Assembly: GCF_035084215.1 (NCBI RefSeq)
Contig: NC_090363.1
Location: 2,418,001 to 2,482,000 of the forward strand
From: Heptranchias perlo
Taxonomy: Eukaryota
Length of the DNA: 64,000 nucleotides
Reading direction: 5' to 3'
The position numbers and the translations under genes are program-made. The notes under the pieces are model-generated. The model saw nothing but the letters and a program-made list of their open reading frames with translations. It had not been told where the DNA came from and searched no databases. Position 1 is the first letter of the stretch; the number at the start of each line of letters is the position of its first letter. This document shows positions 1 to 11,264 of this stretch, piece by piece.

Positions 1-27
1 TCAGAGTTTCCTTCACGTCCCACGTGT

Positions 28-422
28 GGCAGGTGTCAGCCGTGGCTCAGTGGGAGCACTTTCGCATCAGAGTCAGAAGATTATGAGGTTCAAGTCCCAC
101 TTGAGCGCATAATCTAGGCTGACTCTCCCAGTACAGTACTATGGGAGTGCTGCACTGGCGGAGGTACTGAATTTCGGATGAGACGTCTGCCCTCTCAGGT
201 GGACGTAAAAGATCGCAAGGCACTATTTCGAGGAAGAGCGTTCTCCCAGCGCCTTTGCCGAGATTGATCGCTCAAAACGGATTTCTGTTGGTGGGACCTT
301 GCTTTGCGCATATTGGCTGCTCGTTCCCTAAATTATAACAGTGACTACACTTCTCGGCTGTAAAGCGCGTGGGGATGTCCCCAGATCATGAATGGCGCTG
401 TATCAATGCAAGCCTTTCTTTT
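28..422 (+). mobile_element. tRNA-derived SINE with Deu domain (SacSINE1/DeuSINE-like)
   Basis: A box TGGCTCAGTGG, B box GGTTCAAGTCC, Deu-like core CTCAGGTGGACGTAAAAGATC...GCACTATTTCG, L2-like tail. Confidence 0.75.
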
Positions 423-870
423 TAGATCATTTGGACTATAGATGTCGATACCCACTTCAGTACGAGATTGACTGTCAGGAGACAATCACCGATCACGTTG
501 GGCTGGGACAAGGAACCAAAGCGAATTTTCAGTTTCCTTTCAGAGGGCAGCAGGTCTGAAGGTGCTGATGCAATTCTCAGCCGCCTTCTGTGAGCAGCTT
601 CGCTCAGTAAACAATTGTCCAGGCGGCTCTGACAGTGAGACACTGCTCTCGCCCAACCGTGTCTCGCGGTACGCCCCTTCTATACACATCTTTGGTCACT
701 TGAATTTCAAAGATTATTCCAAATCGGAATAATTATACAGCAGCGCCATTTCACTAATCTCACACACCACTTTGAAAATGTGCATCTGACGTTCGTCTAT
801 GACGTTAATTAGAACTATTCACAAAATAGATTTGCAAACTTTGGAAAAAGCGGTACAGAATTTCCTTTAC

Positions 871-986
871 CTGGGTTGATGCCGTCTATCATTTCTTTCC
901 ACGTTGTGTACTGTACAGGTCCTTTGAACATTCCCAGAGGCAGATCCCCACAGACCAATGGTAGTTCCTCAATCTCTTGAATAATC
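871..986 (-). CDS. TRIM-A exon 5 (116 nt linker)
   Basis: IIQEIEELPLVCGDLPLGMFKGPVQYTTWKEMIDGINP|GTAAAG. Confidence 0.85.
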
Positions 987-2717
987 CTTTGAGTTTGGAA
1001 TTTTCAATATTAGAATGTTTCAGCTGTTTCTAACTTATAACTTAATTAATGTTTTGTAGAGAGAATGACATACCTCCTGTCCTGAGAAACCTCCTCCTGA
1101 AACAAACAGAAATAAAGATCTGAATTCATAATGGGCCTGGCTGTGTAAAATCAGAATTCAGTGGCTACCATTTGTAGCTCGAACTAATCCTAAACCTCTC
1201 CACCTCTCTCTCTTTGTTCAAGTTACTCCTTAAAACCTACCTCTTTGACCAAGCTTTTGGTCACCTGTCCTAATATCTCCCTGTGTGGCTCAGTGTCAAA
1301 TTTAGTTTGATAATCGCTCCTGTGAAGCGCCTTGGGACGTTTTACCACGTTGGAGACTCTATATAAACACACGTGGTTGTTGTGGCTGAACTGTATTAAA
1401 TATGTTACCCAATCATCTGTCTCAATGGAAATAACAGCAAAAGTCGGACAATGAATGAATGAGTCAGTTACAAAACATCAAATGGAACATTTTCAGGAAA
1501 TCCACAGGGCGACAGTCGAATTTAGATTTTTAATTCTCTTGATGATAATTTATTCACTCTACTGACTAAATATAAGAAGGTAAATCACCGGAAATCATTT
1601 TTTTCCAACAGCACAGATATTCAGGGATTCCACTAAACTTCAGTTCCGTTTCACCTGTATCGATTATCCCAAAACCAGGAACAATTCTGGAGAAACTATC
1701 TGTATATCGAACTTCTTAATGATATTTACTAACGGAAATTAACATATTGGAAATGTTAGCGTGCACAAGGTAATTTTCAAGTATATCTAACTTTGTGATG
1801 CTTTATTTAAAAAAAGACTTACCTTCAGAAATCTGGCTGTATCTTCTTCCTCCACCTGTCCCTGTAACTCCGATATCTCCCGCTCAATACAATCTAACTC
1901 CTGTTGGACGATACTGAAGTTGGCCATCATTGGACGTAAAACCTGCTCCTCTTGTTCCCTGAGATCTCTGATTAAACGCTGCTCTTTCTCAATGAGAATC
2001 TGGTGCATTTTATCGAACTCGGATGTGATGTGGGTCTGCAGACCGCTCGACTGTTCCTACAGAATTAAATGTGAAACATAATAATGTACCGCGATAAAGA
2101 GAAACAAAACTAACCCAGATCCCAGGAGACCTTACCCTAACTTTGGAAATCTGCAGTTCCTGCTGCCATTTGGTGACCAGAGCCGAGCCCCTTCTCCGTG
2201 TCGCCGATTCTAAGCAAGATATCAGTTTAACCTAGAATTGGAACAGAAATTAACGACTTGACTATTGAAAATGAAAGTACAGAGTACGAAAAGATTGTCA
2301 TCGATTAAAGCGAGTTCCTTTTACCCTGTAGGGCTCCGCAGCCTCGTCTATCGGCATCATGCCGTGAGATTTGTGTTCCCGCGCATCTCGACAAATAAGA
2401 CAGATCAGTTTCTTGTCGGTTTCACAAAACAGCTTCAGTTCTTCCTGGTGTTTCTCGCAGTGATTCCGATTCAGCTTCAGATTTCGAGCTTTCTCGGCCA
2501 GACTCGCTAAGGCCCGATTGGCCTTGAAAGCTCTCTTCGGAAACTCCGCCCTACATTCCGGGCAGGAGTTCATCCTCACGTTCCCCCAATACCGTGTGAT
2601 ACAGGAGCGGCAGAAGTTGTGCCCGCACCCCAGTATAACCGGATCGGCGAAGAGATCAAGGCAAATGGGACAGTTCACGTCCTCGGTCCAACTCCCTGCC
2701 TGCTGCCTGGAAGCCAT
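871..2717 (-). CDS. TRIM-A: class IV TRIM E3 ligase (RING, B-box2, coiled coil), exons 1-5; PRY-SPRY exon not in window (partial gene)
   Basis: Exons 2717-2325, 2231-2136 (96 nt), 2056-1823 (234 nt), 1096-1074 (23 nt), 986-871 (116 nt). All have GT-AG boundaries and join in one open frame. C3HC4 RING ([24 protein letters not shown]...CPEC) and B-box2 ([32 protein letters not shown]). An in-frame upstream ATG at 2762 is possible. Confidence 0.9.
1074..1096 (-). CDS. TRIM-A exon 4 (23 nt)
   Basis: ttcAG|GAGGAGGTTTCTCAGGACAGGAG|GTATGT. Confidence 0.82.
1190..1385 (+). mobile_element. L2 LINE 3' fragment (TRIM-A intron 3)
   Basis: Matches the 3' ends of the L2 copies at 9490-10140 and 60490-61125. 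Confidence 0.7.
1823..2056 (-). CDS. TRIM-A exon 3 (coiled coil, 234 nt)
   Basis: EQSSGLQTHITSEFDKMHQIL...ARFLK|GTAAGT. Confidence 0.9.
2136..2231 (-). CDS. TRIM-A exon 2 (coiled coil, 96 nt)
   Basis: tAG|GTTAAACTG...GTTAGG|GTAAG; encodes VKLISCLES...QISKVR. Confidence 0.88.
2325..2717 (-). CDS. TRIM-A exon 1 (RING + B-box2)
   Basis: ATG of MASRQQ at 2717; donor AGG|GTAA at 2325/2324. Confidence 0.9.
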
Positions 2718-2730
2718 GTTTACACTCAGC

Positions 2731-2761
2731 ACTTCCTGACTCAAACCGCTTTCAGTTTCCA
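2731..2761 (-). promoter_or_regulatory. ISRE/IRF-E + AP-1 + ETS motif cluster immediately upstream of the TRIM-A ATG
   Basis: Minus strand GGAAACTGAAAGC (GAAANNGAAA), TGAGTCA and CAGGAAGT, all within 45 nt of the ATG; motif match only. Confidence 0.5.
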
Positions 2762-3009
2762 TGTTTGCGAGGCCCTTGAATCCTGGCCGTATTTCCGCTG
2801 CCTCTTTGCGCTCTGTGCCATTTATGTGCACATAATAAACCTTTCAGTATCAGTGGGAATGCTTTGACGAAAAGATATCCGCCACTTACAATACAATTTC
2901 AGATGGAAGTAGAGTTATATGATCATAGGAACAGGAGTAGGCCATTCAGCCCCCTCGTACCTGCTCCGCCATTTGATAAGATCATGGCTGATCCGTGATC
3001 TAACTCCAT

Positions 3010-6000
3010 GGGGCTCGATTTTACCGGCGGCTTTCCAGCGGGGGGGGGGGGGGCCCTAAAATCCCGATATCCAGTCACTTGACCGGATCGCGCCACGATC
3101 CCGACCACTTCCCGGTTCCCCGATGACGTGCAATTAAAGCCAGCGGGGTTCCACTTGAGAGTACTTACCTTGCTTGTTGAGGTCAGTAAATGAGCTGAAT
3201 CAGCTGTCAAAACAGCAAGTGTGGGATTTTACCTTCAACGCAGAGTGTTTCACACACTGGGGGAAACAGTCACCCTCCAACCAGGCGTGTTGCAGCCAGC
3301 AGCCTGTGGCAGCTGCCAAGGTGCACTCCACGGGGGAGAGCCCTCACCCACGCAGGAGGCCACCGTGTCACATACGGCAACCCCTGCCCCCCCACCACCC
3401 CCCGCCAAGCCAGAGGACAGACCGACGCGAAACCGCAGCCCCAGTCCGAGGAAACACCCACCTACCCTGCACAACCCCTCAGACCAACACCTGCCAGATG
3501 GGTGGTGCGTGGACACCCTCGGAGGACGAACAGCATGACCAGCCCCAGCAGCCTCACAGTCCACGCCGTCCGCCGCAGAGACGTGGAGCCCCCCAACACG
3601 GTGCTGTTGCACGCCCACCTTCACAGCAGGAGGGAGGGCAACCGCAGAGAGAGGTGCGTCGCAGAGGGCACTACCCTCGCCACAGGGTCCACAGACCGAG
3701 GCGCAGCTCCCCGGACCTCTCCGAGCAGCAGTGCATACGGAGGCGCAGATTCACTCGACTTGTAGTCGTGGAGATCTGCAGGCTCTTTCATGCCGAGCTG
3801 CTCCTGGCTGGCCCCAGCACCATCTGCTTACCTGTCACTGCCAAAGTCACCACTGCCCTCCACAACTTCTCCTCCGCATCCTTCCAGGGTGCAGCCGGGT
3901 ACACCGCCGATGTCTCTCAGTCGTCTGCGTGGAAGAGCCCTGCAAATACACCTGCACCTACTCTGCAGTAACACAATGGGTGGCATCAGTGGTGGGTCCT
4001 CATAGTGATACCCAGGAGCGAGCATTATTGGACACAACAGACAGGATTCGCGGAGACATGACAGTGGTGGTGCCAATATAATGTGTGATGTTTGTTGCTC
4101 TGAAATTCAATATAGGTAACACCCATGGCAAACCCTCGGACACCCTTGTGCATCCCCTTCATGCTCACGACACGTTTGCCTTACGCTGCCTACTGCACAT
4201 ATGTGATGCATGCCCTGTGGCTGCAGCACAGGTGGTGGCAGGTTGAGTGAGGCTGGCCGTGAGGGAGATGCACGAGAGTGTGAGTATGGGATAGAGCCAT
4301 GAGATTGTATGAGGATTGGGTTGCGTGTTAGTGGCGGGGTGAGTACTGGCGAGGTGAGTAGGTGCAGGTAAGATGAGGATGGGGTTTGAGTGGGTATGAG
4401 GGGTGATGTGACAGAGTAGTGTTGGCGGTGCCGAAGGAGATGTGGGGTGGGGGCAGTGCTGTGGCAGGCGGAGTGTAGGGGAAAGACTACGTGTTCTCAC
4501 TGTGGCTGACCTACTGAGGTCATTGCAGTGCCTCCTGCACTGTATGCAGGCGGGCGATATGTTGGTGGTGCAGGTGACCCCCTCGGCCACCTCGAGCCAG
4601 GCCTTCTTGGTGGCAGAGGCAGGCCGCTTCCTCCCGCCCGCCAGGTGGAAGATCTCTGTCCTCCCCCTCCTCCTCACCCCATCTGATGATACCTGGGGTG
4701 AGGCATCATTAAACTGGGAGCAGCCTTCCCCCTGGGCTGCTCCATGCTGTAATTTGTTCCATTGGTTGCAGCATCTGTCAGTGGAGGACTGCCCCTTTAA
4801 CTAGAGAGCCTCCAGCTGACAAAACTAGAAGGTGTAAGGCGATTAACCCAGCATCAAAGCTGTGGCAGGGGGTTGGGAACCTGAGCAGGGAGACAGAGGA
4901 AAGTGTGTCAGGAAGGGACAGAAGGTATGGAGTAAAAGGTAAAGTGTTAAAAAATGAAAAAGCAGGAACTAAGTGTCACAAAACATATTTGAAAGTTCTT
5001 TATCTGAATGCACGTAGCATTCGTAACAAAATGGACGAGTTAACGGCACAAATAACTACGTATGGGTATGATCTTGTGGCCATTACAGAAACATGGCTGC
5101 AGGGTGACAACGACTGGGAATTAAATATGCCAGGGTATTTAACAATCAGGAAGGACAGGCAGGAAGGAAGGGGAGGTGGGGTGGCTATGTTAATAAAGGA
5201 AGGAATCACTGTAATACAGAGAAAAGATATTGGGACAAAGGATCAGGATAATGAAACAGTTTGGGTAGAGATAAGGAATAATAAGGGGCAAAAAACATTA
5301 GTGGGCGTAGTATATAGGCCTCCTAATAGTTGCAACTCTGCTGGAAGAAGTATTAATCAGGAAATAGTCGGGGCATGTAATAAGGGAACAGCTATAATTA
5401 TGGGGGATTTTAACTATCATATTAACTGGACAAATCAAATTGGGCAGGGCAGCCTTGAGGAAGAGTTTATTGAGTGTATTAGGGATGGATTTCTTGAGCA
5501 GTATGTAACTGATCCTACAAGGGGGAAAGCAACCTTGGACCTGGTCCTGTGTAATGAGCCAGGATTAATTAATAATGTCCTAGTTAAGGATCCCCTTGGA
5601 ATGAGTGACCATAACATGGTTACATTCCATATCCAATTAGAGGGTGAGAAGGTTGGTTCTCAAACAAGCTTACTGAGCTTGAATAAAGGAGACTATGATG
5701 GTATGAGAGCGGAATTGATTAAAGTGGACTGGGAAAATAGTTTAAAGGGTAAGACGGTACATGAACAGTGGTGTTCATTTAAGGAGTTATTTTACAACTT
5801 TCAAAAAATATATATTCCACTGAGGAAAAAAGGGTGTAAAAGAAATGACAGCCATCCGTGGCTAAGTAAAGAAATTAAGGATCGTATCCGACTAAAAACA
5901 AGGACATATAAGGTAGCCAAACTTAGTGGGAGGATAGAAGATTGGGAAGTCTTCAAAGGACAGCAAAAAGTAACTAAAGGATTGATTAAGAAAGGGAAGA

Positions 6001-8113
6001 TAGATTATGAAAAGAAATTAGCAAAAAATATAAAAACAGATAGCAAGAGTTTCTACAGTTATATAAAAAGAAAAAGGGTGGCTAAGGCAAACGTAGGTCC
6101 CTTAGAGGATGAGACCGGGAAATTAATGGTGGGAAACATGGAGATGGCAAAAATGCTGAACAAATATTTTGTTTCAGTCTTTAGGGTAGAGGACACGAAG
6201 AATATCCCAACACTGGACAAACAGGGGGCTCTAGGGGGGGAGGAGCTAAATACGATTAAAATTACTAAGGAATTGGTACTCAGTAAATTAATGGGACTCA
6301 AGGCGGATAAATCCCCTGGACCTGATGGCTGACATCCTAGGGTCTTGAGGGAAGTGGCAGTAGGGATTGTGGATGCTTTGGTGATAATTTTCCAAAATTC
6401 TCTGGACTCGGCAAAGGTCCCGGCAGATTGGAAAACTGCTAATGTAACACCCTTATTTAAAAAGGGTAGTAGGCAGAAGGCTGGAAATTATAGACCAGTT
6501 AGCCTAACATCTGTGGTGGGTAAAATTTTGGAGTCTATTATTAAGGAGACAGTAGCGGAACATTTGGATAAACATAATTTAATAGGACAAAGTCAGCATG
6601 GCTTTACGAAGGGGAAGTCATGTCTGACAAATTTGCTTGAGTTCTTTGAGGATATAACGTACAGGGTGGATAAAGGGGAACCAGTGGACGTAGTGTATTT
6701 AGACTTCCAGAAGGCATTCGACAAGGTGCCACATAAAAGATTATTGCTCAAGATAAAGAATCACTGGATTGGGGGTAATATTCTGGCATGGGTGGAGGAT
6801 TGGTTATCTGACAGGAAGCAGAGAGTTGGGATAAATGGTACATTCTCGGACTGGCAACCAGTAGCCAGTGGTGTTCCGCAGGGGTCGGTGCTGGGTCCCC
6901 AACTCTTTACAATCTATATTAACGATTTGGAGGAGGGGACCGAGTGTAACATATCAAAGTTTGCAGATGACACAAAGATGGGAGGGAAAGTAGAGAGTGA
7001 GGAGGACATAAAAATCCTACAAGGGGATATAGACAGGCTGGGTGAGTGGGCGGAGATTTGGCAGATGCAATACAATATTGGAAAATGTGAGGTTATGCAC
7101 TTTGGCAGGAAAAATCGGAGAGCAAGTTATTATCTTAATGGCGAGAAACTGGAAAGTACTGCAGTACAAAGGGATCTGGGGGTCCGAGTGCAAGAAAATC
7201 AAAAGGTTAGTATGCAGGTGCAGCAGGTGATCAAGAAGGCCAACGGAATGTTGGCTTTTATTGCTAGGGGGATAGAATATAAAAACAGGGAGGTATTGCT
7301 GCAGTTATATAAGGTATTGGTGAGACCGCACCTGGAATACTGCATACAGTTTTGGTGTCCATACTTAAGAAAATACATACTTGCTCTCGAGGCAGTACAA
7401 AGAAGGTTCACTCGGTTAATCCCGGGGATGAGGGGGCGGACATATGAGGAGAGGTTGAGTAGATTGGGACTCTACTCATTGGAGTTCAGAAGAATGAGAG
7501 GCGATCTTATTGAAACATATAAGATTGTGAAGGGGTTTGATCGGGTGGATGCGGTAAGGATGTTCCCAAGGATGGGTGAAACTAGAACTAGGGGGCATAA
7601 TCTTAGAATAAGGGGCTGCTCTTTCAAAACTGAGATGAGGAGAAACTTCTTCACTCAGAGGGTGGTGGGTCTGTGGAATTTGCTGCCCCAGGAAGCTGTG
7701 GAAGCTACATCATTAAATAAATTTAAAACAGAAATCAACAGTTTCCTAGAAGTAAAGGGAATTAGGGGTTACGGGGAGCAGGCAGGAAATTGGACATGAA
7801 TTTAGATTTGAGATTAGGATCAGATCAGCCATGATCTTATTGAATGGCGGAGCAGGCTCGAGGGGCCGATTGGCCTACTCCTGCTCCTATTTCTTATGTT
7901 CTTATGTTCTTATGTTTAGATCGTACTGCGCATGCGCAGCCCGCCCGACGCGCAGACCAGCAGCGCGGACCCCGGAGGAGCAGGTAATTGAATCCCATTA
8001 GTGGATTGCCTGCTACGATCGCGCGGGCAACCCACTAATTTCACCGGGCGCGGAGGCCACGCACCCGAAACCCAACCCGCCGGAAACCCGCAGGCCTGCT
8101 AAAATCAGGCCCC
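3010..8113. mobile_element. Internally deleted PIF/Harbinger DNA transposon (transposase remnant +, Myb/SANT remnant -)
   Basis: TIRs GGGGCTCGATTTTA...TAAAATCAGGCCCC. HARBI-like N-terminus (RRHYPRHRVHRPRRS.PDLSEQQC...LPVTAKVTTALHNFSSASFQ) at ~3498-3971. Myb/SANT-like remnant (ATKKAWLEVAEGVT...IQCRRHCNDL) at 4745-4501. Confidence 0.82.
4821..7917 (+). mobile_element. 5'-truncated young CR1 LINE with near-intact ORF2 (APE endonuclease + RT), one in-frame TGA at 6330-6332
   Basis: YLNARS, ITETWL, MGDFN, SDH endonuclease motifs; QGSVLGP and FADD RT motifs. ORFs 4905-6332 and 6345-7799 are in the same frame. (TTCTTATG)n tail. Confidence 0.95.
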
Positions 8114-9489
8114 ATATACCTGCCTTTGGCCCATATCCCTTAATACCTTTGGTTGCCAAAAAGCTATCTATCTCAGATTTAAATTTAGCAATTGAGCTAG
8201 TATCAATTGCCGTTTGCAGAAGAGAGTTCCAAACTTCTAGCATCCTTTGTGTGTAGAAACGTTTTCTAATCTCGCTCCTGAAAGGTCTGGCTCTAATTTT
8301 TAGACTGTGCCCCCGACTCCTAAAATCCCTAACCAGCGGAAATAGTTTCTCTCTATCCACCATATCTGTTCCCCTTAATATCCTATAAACTTCGATCAGA
8401 TCACCCCTTAACCTTCGAAACTCTAGAGAATACAACCCCAATTTGTGTAATCTCTCCTCGTAACTTAACCCTTGAAGTCCGGATATCATTCTAGTAAACC
8501 TACGCTGCACTCCCTCCAAGGCCAATATGTCCTTCTGAAGGTGCGGTGCCCAGAACTGCTCACAGTAAAGATACATCGATTATCTCAGTGCAGATGCACC
8601 TCGCAGCAAGAAACACCGATTTAAAAGATGAATTCTTCCACTGGTCTTCCATAAAACTAAGCCTAGGAGGAGGCCGCTGAATTTCGCTGTGATATCAATC
8701 AGAGGCCATAAATGAATGGAACTACCACCCGCTCCTTTCTGTCCGATGGGAGATGTATTGATTGCCTAACGGTGAACTGCTACTCGCCAACTCACCCATT
8801 GCCCCTCGAAAACAAAAGATAAACCTCCATACAGTCTAACCGATGTCTTCGTCGTCTCCCTCTCGGTTTTTTAAATATTTCAAAATTAACTTTATTCATA
8901 ACATTTGTAAAAGTACATACAATGCAATTCAAGTCACGCTTCAAACAATACAATACAGGTCATACAATTTGCTACAGTACATACAGTACAATCAACGGTC
9001 CAGTACAATCAATAGTTAGGCACCATACATTTTAAATACAGTTCATGGCACCCGAGGGTGCCTCATTGCATTACAGTCATTACCGGTTACAGATACAGTA
9101 CATTGTCTCCCTCTCCCTCTCGGTCTCACTGCTCTCGGACAGAGTAGAGCCGTCTGGAACCCGCCATCGCCCATTCCGCCCAGATGTGCAGACCACCATA
9201 TCCCATTACAGTCACTGGGCCCAGTACCGTTTGGTGGAGGCCGTTCTGTAACCAGTTTAAGATTTGCTGATGACCATGAATGAAAGTGGGGCAGATTTCC
9301 AGGTACTGACAAAGAGAATGAATGGAACAACCAAGCAGCCTAAACAAAAAATAAATAGAGCCTAGAAAAGAGTTCTTCCATTATTACCGTAAATGGAGAA
9401 GAAACTGAGAAAATTGAGTTTTCTGTGCATCTTGGCTGAACGATTTCAGAGGATGGGAGATGTGATGAAATCGAAATGGTACTTTAATA

Positions 9490-10140
9490 CAACAACAACT
9501 TGCATTTATATAGCGCCTTGAACATGGTAAAAAGTCCCAAGACGCTTCACAGGAGGGTAAATCAGAAACAATTTGACACCCAGCCACGTAAGGGGATATT
9601 AGGACACCTGTTTGGTGAAAGAGGTAGGTTTTAAGGAGCATCTTAAAGGAGGTGAGAGAGGTAGAGAGGCGGAGAGGTTTAGGGAGGGAATTCCAGAGCT
9701 TAGGGCCCCGGCAGCTGAAGGCACGGCCGCCAATGGTGGAGCGATTAAAATCGGAGATGCGCAAGAGGCCAGAATTGGAGGGGCGTGGAGATCTCGGAGG
9801 GTTGTAGGGCTGGAGGAGGTTACAGAGATAGGGAGGGATTTGAAAACCAGGATGAACATTATAAAATCGCACCGGGAGCCAATGTCGGTCAGCGAGCACA
9901 GTGGGTGATGGGAGAACGGGACTTGGTGCGAGTTAGGATACGGGGGCAGCAGAGTTTTGGATGAGCTCAAGTTTAAGGAGGGTGGAAGATGGGAGGCCGG
10001 CCAGGAGAGCATTGGAATAGTGGAGTCAGAGGGTAACAAAGACACGGATGAGGGTTTCAGCAGCAGATGGGCTGAGGCAGAGGCGGAGACGGGCTTATTA
10101 CGGAGCTGAAAGTAGTCGGTCTTCAGGAGACCTTTACAGT
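9490..10140 (-). mobile_element. L2 LINE 3' fragment
   Basis: Frameshifted RT C-terminus (HWLPV, GGRAFS..GPKLWNSLP, FKMLLKTYLF) and (TTG)n tail. Confidence 0.8.
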
Positions 10141-11264
10141 ATACGGCCTGGAATGAAATGATGGACAGCAGCAGCCCAGTTAAGGAATTCGCGACCGGAA
10201 TTTCCTCGGAGCTATCCCACTCTTTCGTCGTAATTTCGCGGGAAGTGCGGCGGAACTCTGGGCGCATAAACTGGGGTTTCAGCTGCACTTCTGGTGAAAG
10301 TCACCGCGGCAGAGCGGAAGTGACTCCAAATAAATGCCCGCCTTTACGTTGCTCTTTTTAACCGGCGGCACATGATTCTTTTTACTGACGCCCCAAGTTT
10401 AGTATGAAATTCCTCTCTCTGCAGAAGAGTTTCGATAAATGTCCCTCTATTTTATTGTCTTGATGAAAGGAGTTGGCGGCCTTGCGGGGGGCCAGCAGGC
10501 AGTGGGGGAGGGCGAGGGTTGAGGTTGGGAGTTCGAGTCATTGGAGAGGCCACTCCTGCCGGGCTCTCATCGGTAACAGCCGGGCCCGGGATCGTCACAC
10601 ACTTTAATGCGAGGCGGACCTGGCATCTTCCAGCCTCTCATCCGCCACGTTCCAAAGTTAATGGCTCAAGGCTGATCCTTTAACTGCTCCCCGATGGAAA
10701 ACATGTTCATATATGTCTCGCCCCGATTTTCTTCTGTCTGCGGAAGATTTTATTCACCATTTTCTTCCAGTCTCCGAAAAGCTACCAAGACCCTAATTTG
10801 AAATTTCGCTTGAAATGCAAATTTCACGTCGGTTGCACCGCGTACTGATCTCACGCTGTGTGCTGACCCTTACATAATATCGCCGACCCTGCCTCACTCT
10901 TCATCGGGGGGTCAAGTCATACACATGCCCCGATCTAAAATGCCTTTAGACGTTTCATTGTTTCTTATGAAAAAGGAAACATCAAGTATGCTTTAAAAGG
11001 AATTGACTTAATTCAATTTTGCTTTTGATCTGTTGTTCCCCATTTTTCAAATTTGAGGGTGTTCTGTACTGAACAAAAGCGTGGCATTCCGGTGTTAATC
11101 GAACAGAAACGATTCCTAACAACAGGGCCTAAGATGTAGCGTTAAATAAATAAACAGACAGACAAATGATTGATAGACAGATGATAGATCGATTACATTA
11201 ATAAACTAAATCATGTTTTTTCTGTAACTTACATATATGCAAGAGAACATGTTTTCCATTAGGG

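Larger units (their letters stand above)
2923..8570 (-). mobile_element. CR1 3' fragment (2923-3009 + 8114-8570) split by a Harbinger insertion
   Basis: The two halves rejoin to match the uninterrupted copy at 32770-33580 (...GATCTAACTCCAT|ATACCTGCCTTTGGCCC...); encodes the RT C-terminus. Confidence 0.85.

Noticed and set aside
40-105. tRNA gene
   Set aside because: The A/B boxes are the head of a SINE that continues into a Deu core and an L2-like tail
422-870. Location of the TRIM-A PRY-SPRY exon
   Set aside because: No LDP/WEV/LDYE motifs seen; the exon presumably lies left of the window
2267-2277. ISRE-like GAAAATGAAAG in TRIM-A intron 1
   Set aside because: It is the complement of a pyrimidine-rich intron stretch and is likely a chance match
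3174-3971. 265-aa Pro/Arg-rich ORF as a host gene or domesticated HARBI1
   Set aside because: It lies within TIRs, lacks the DDE core, and is a decayed transposase fragment
9240-9310. Possible remnant TRIM coiled-coil exon upstream of the orphan SPRY exon
   Set aside because: Only a short CAGATTTCCAGGTA similarity, with no convincing exon length or translation
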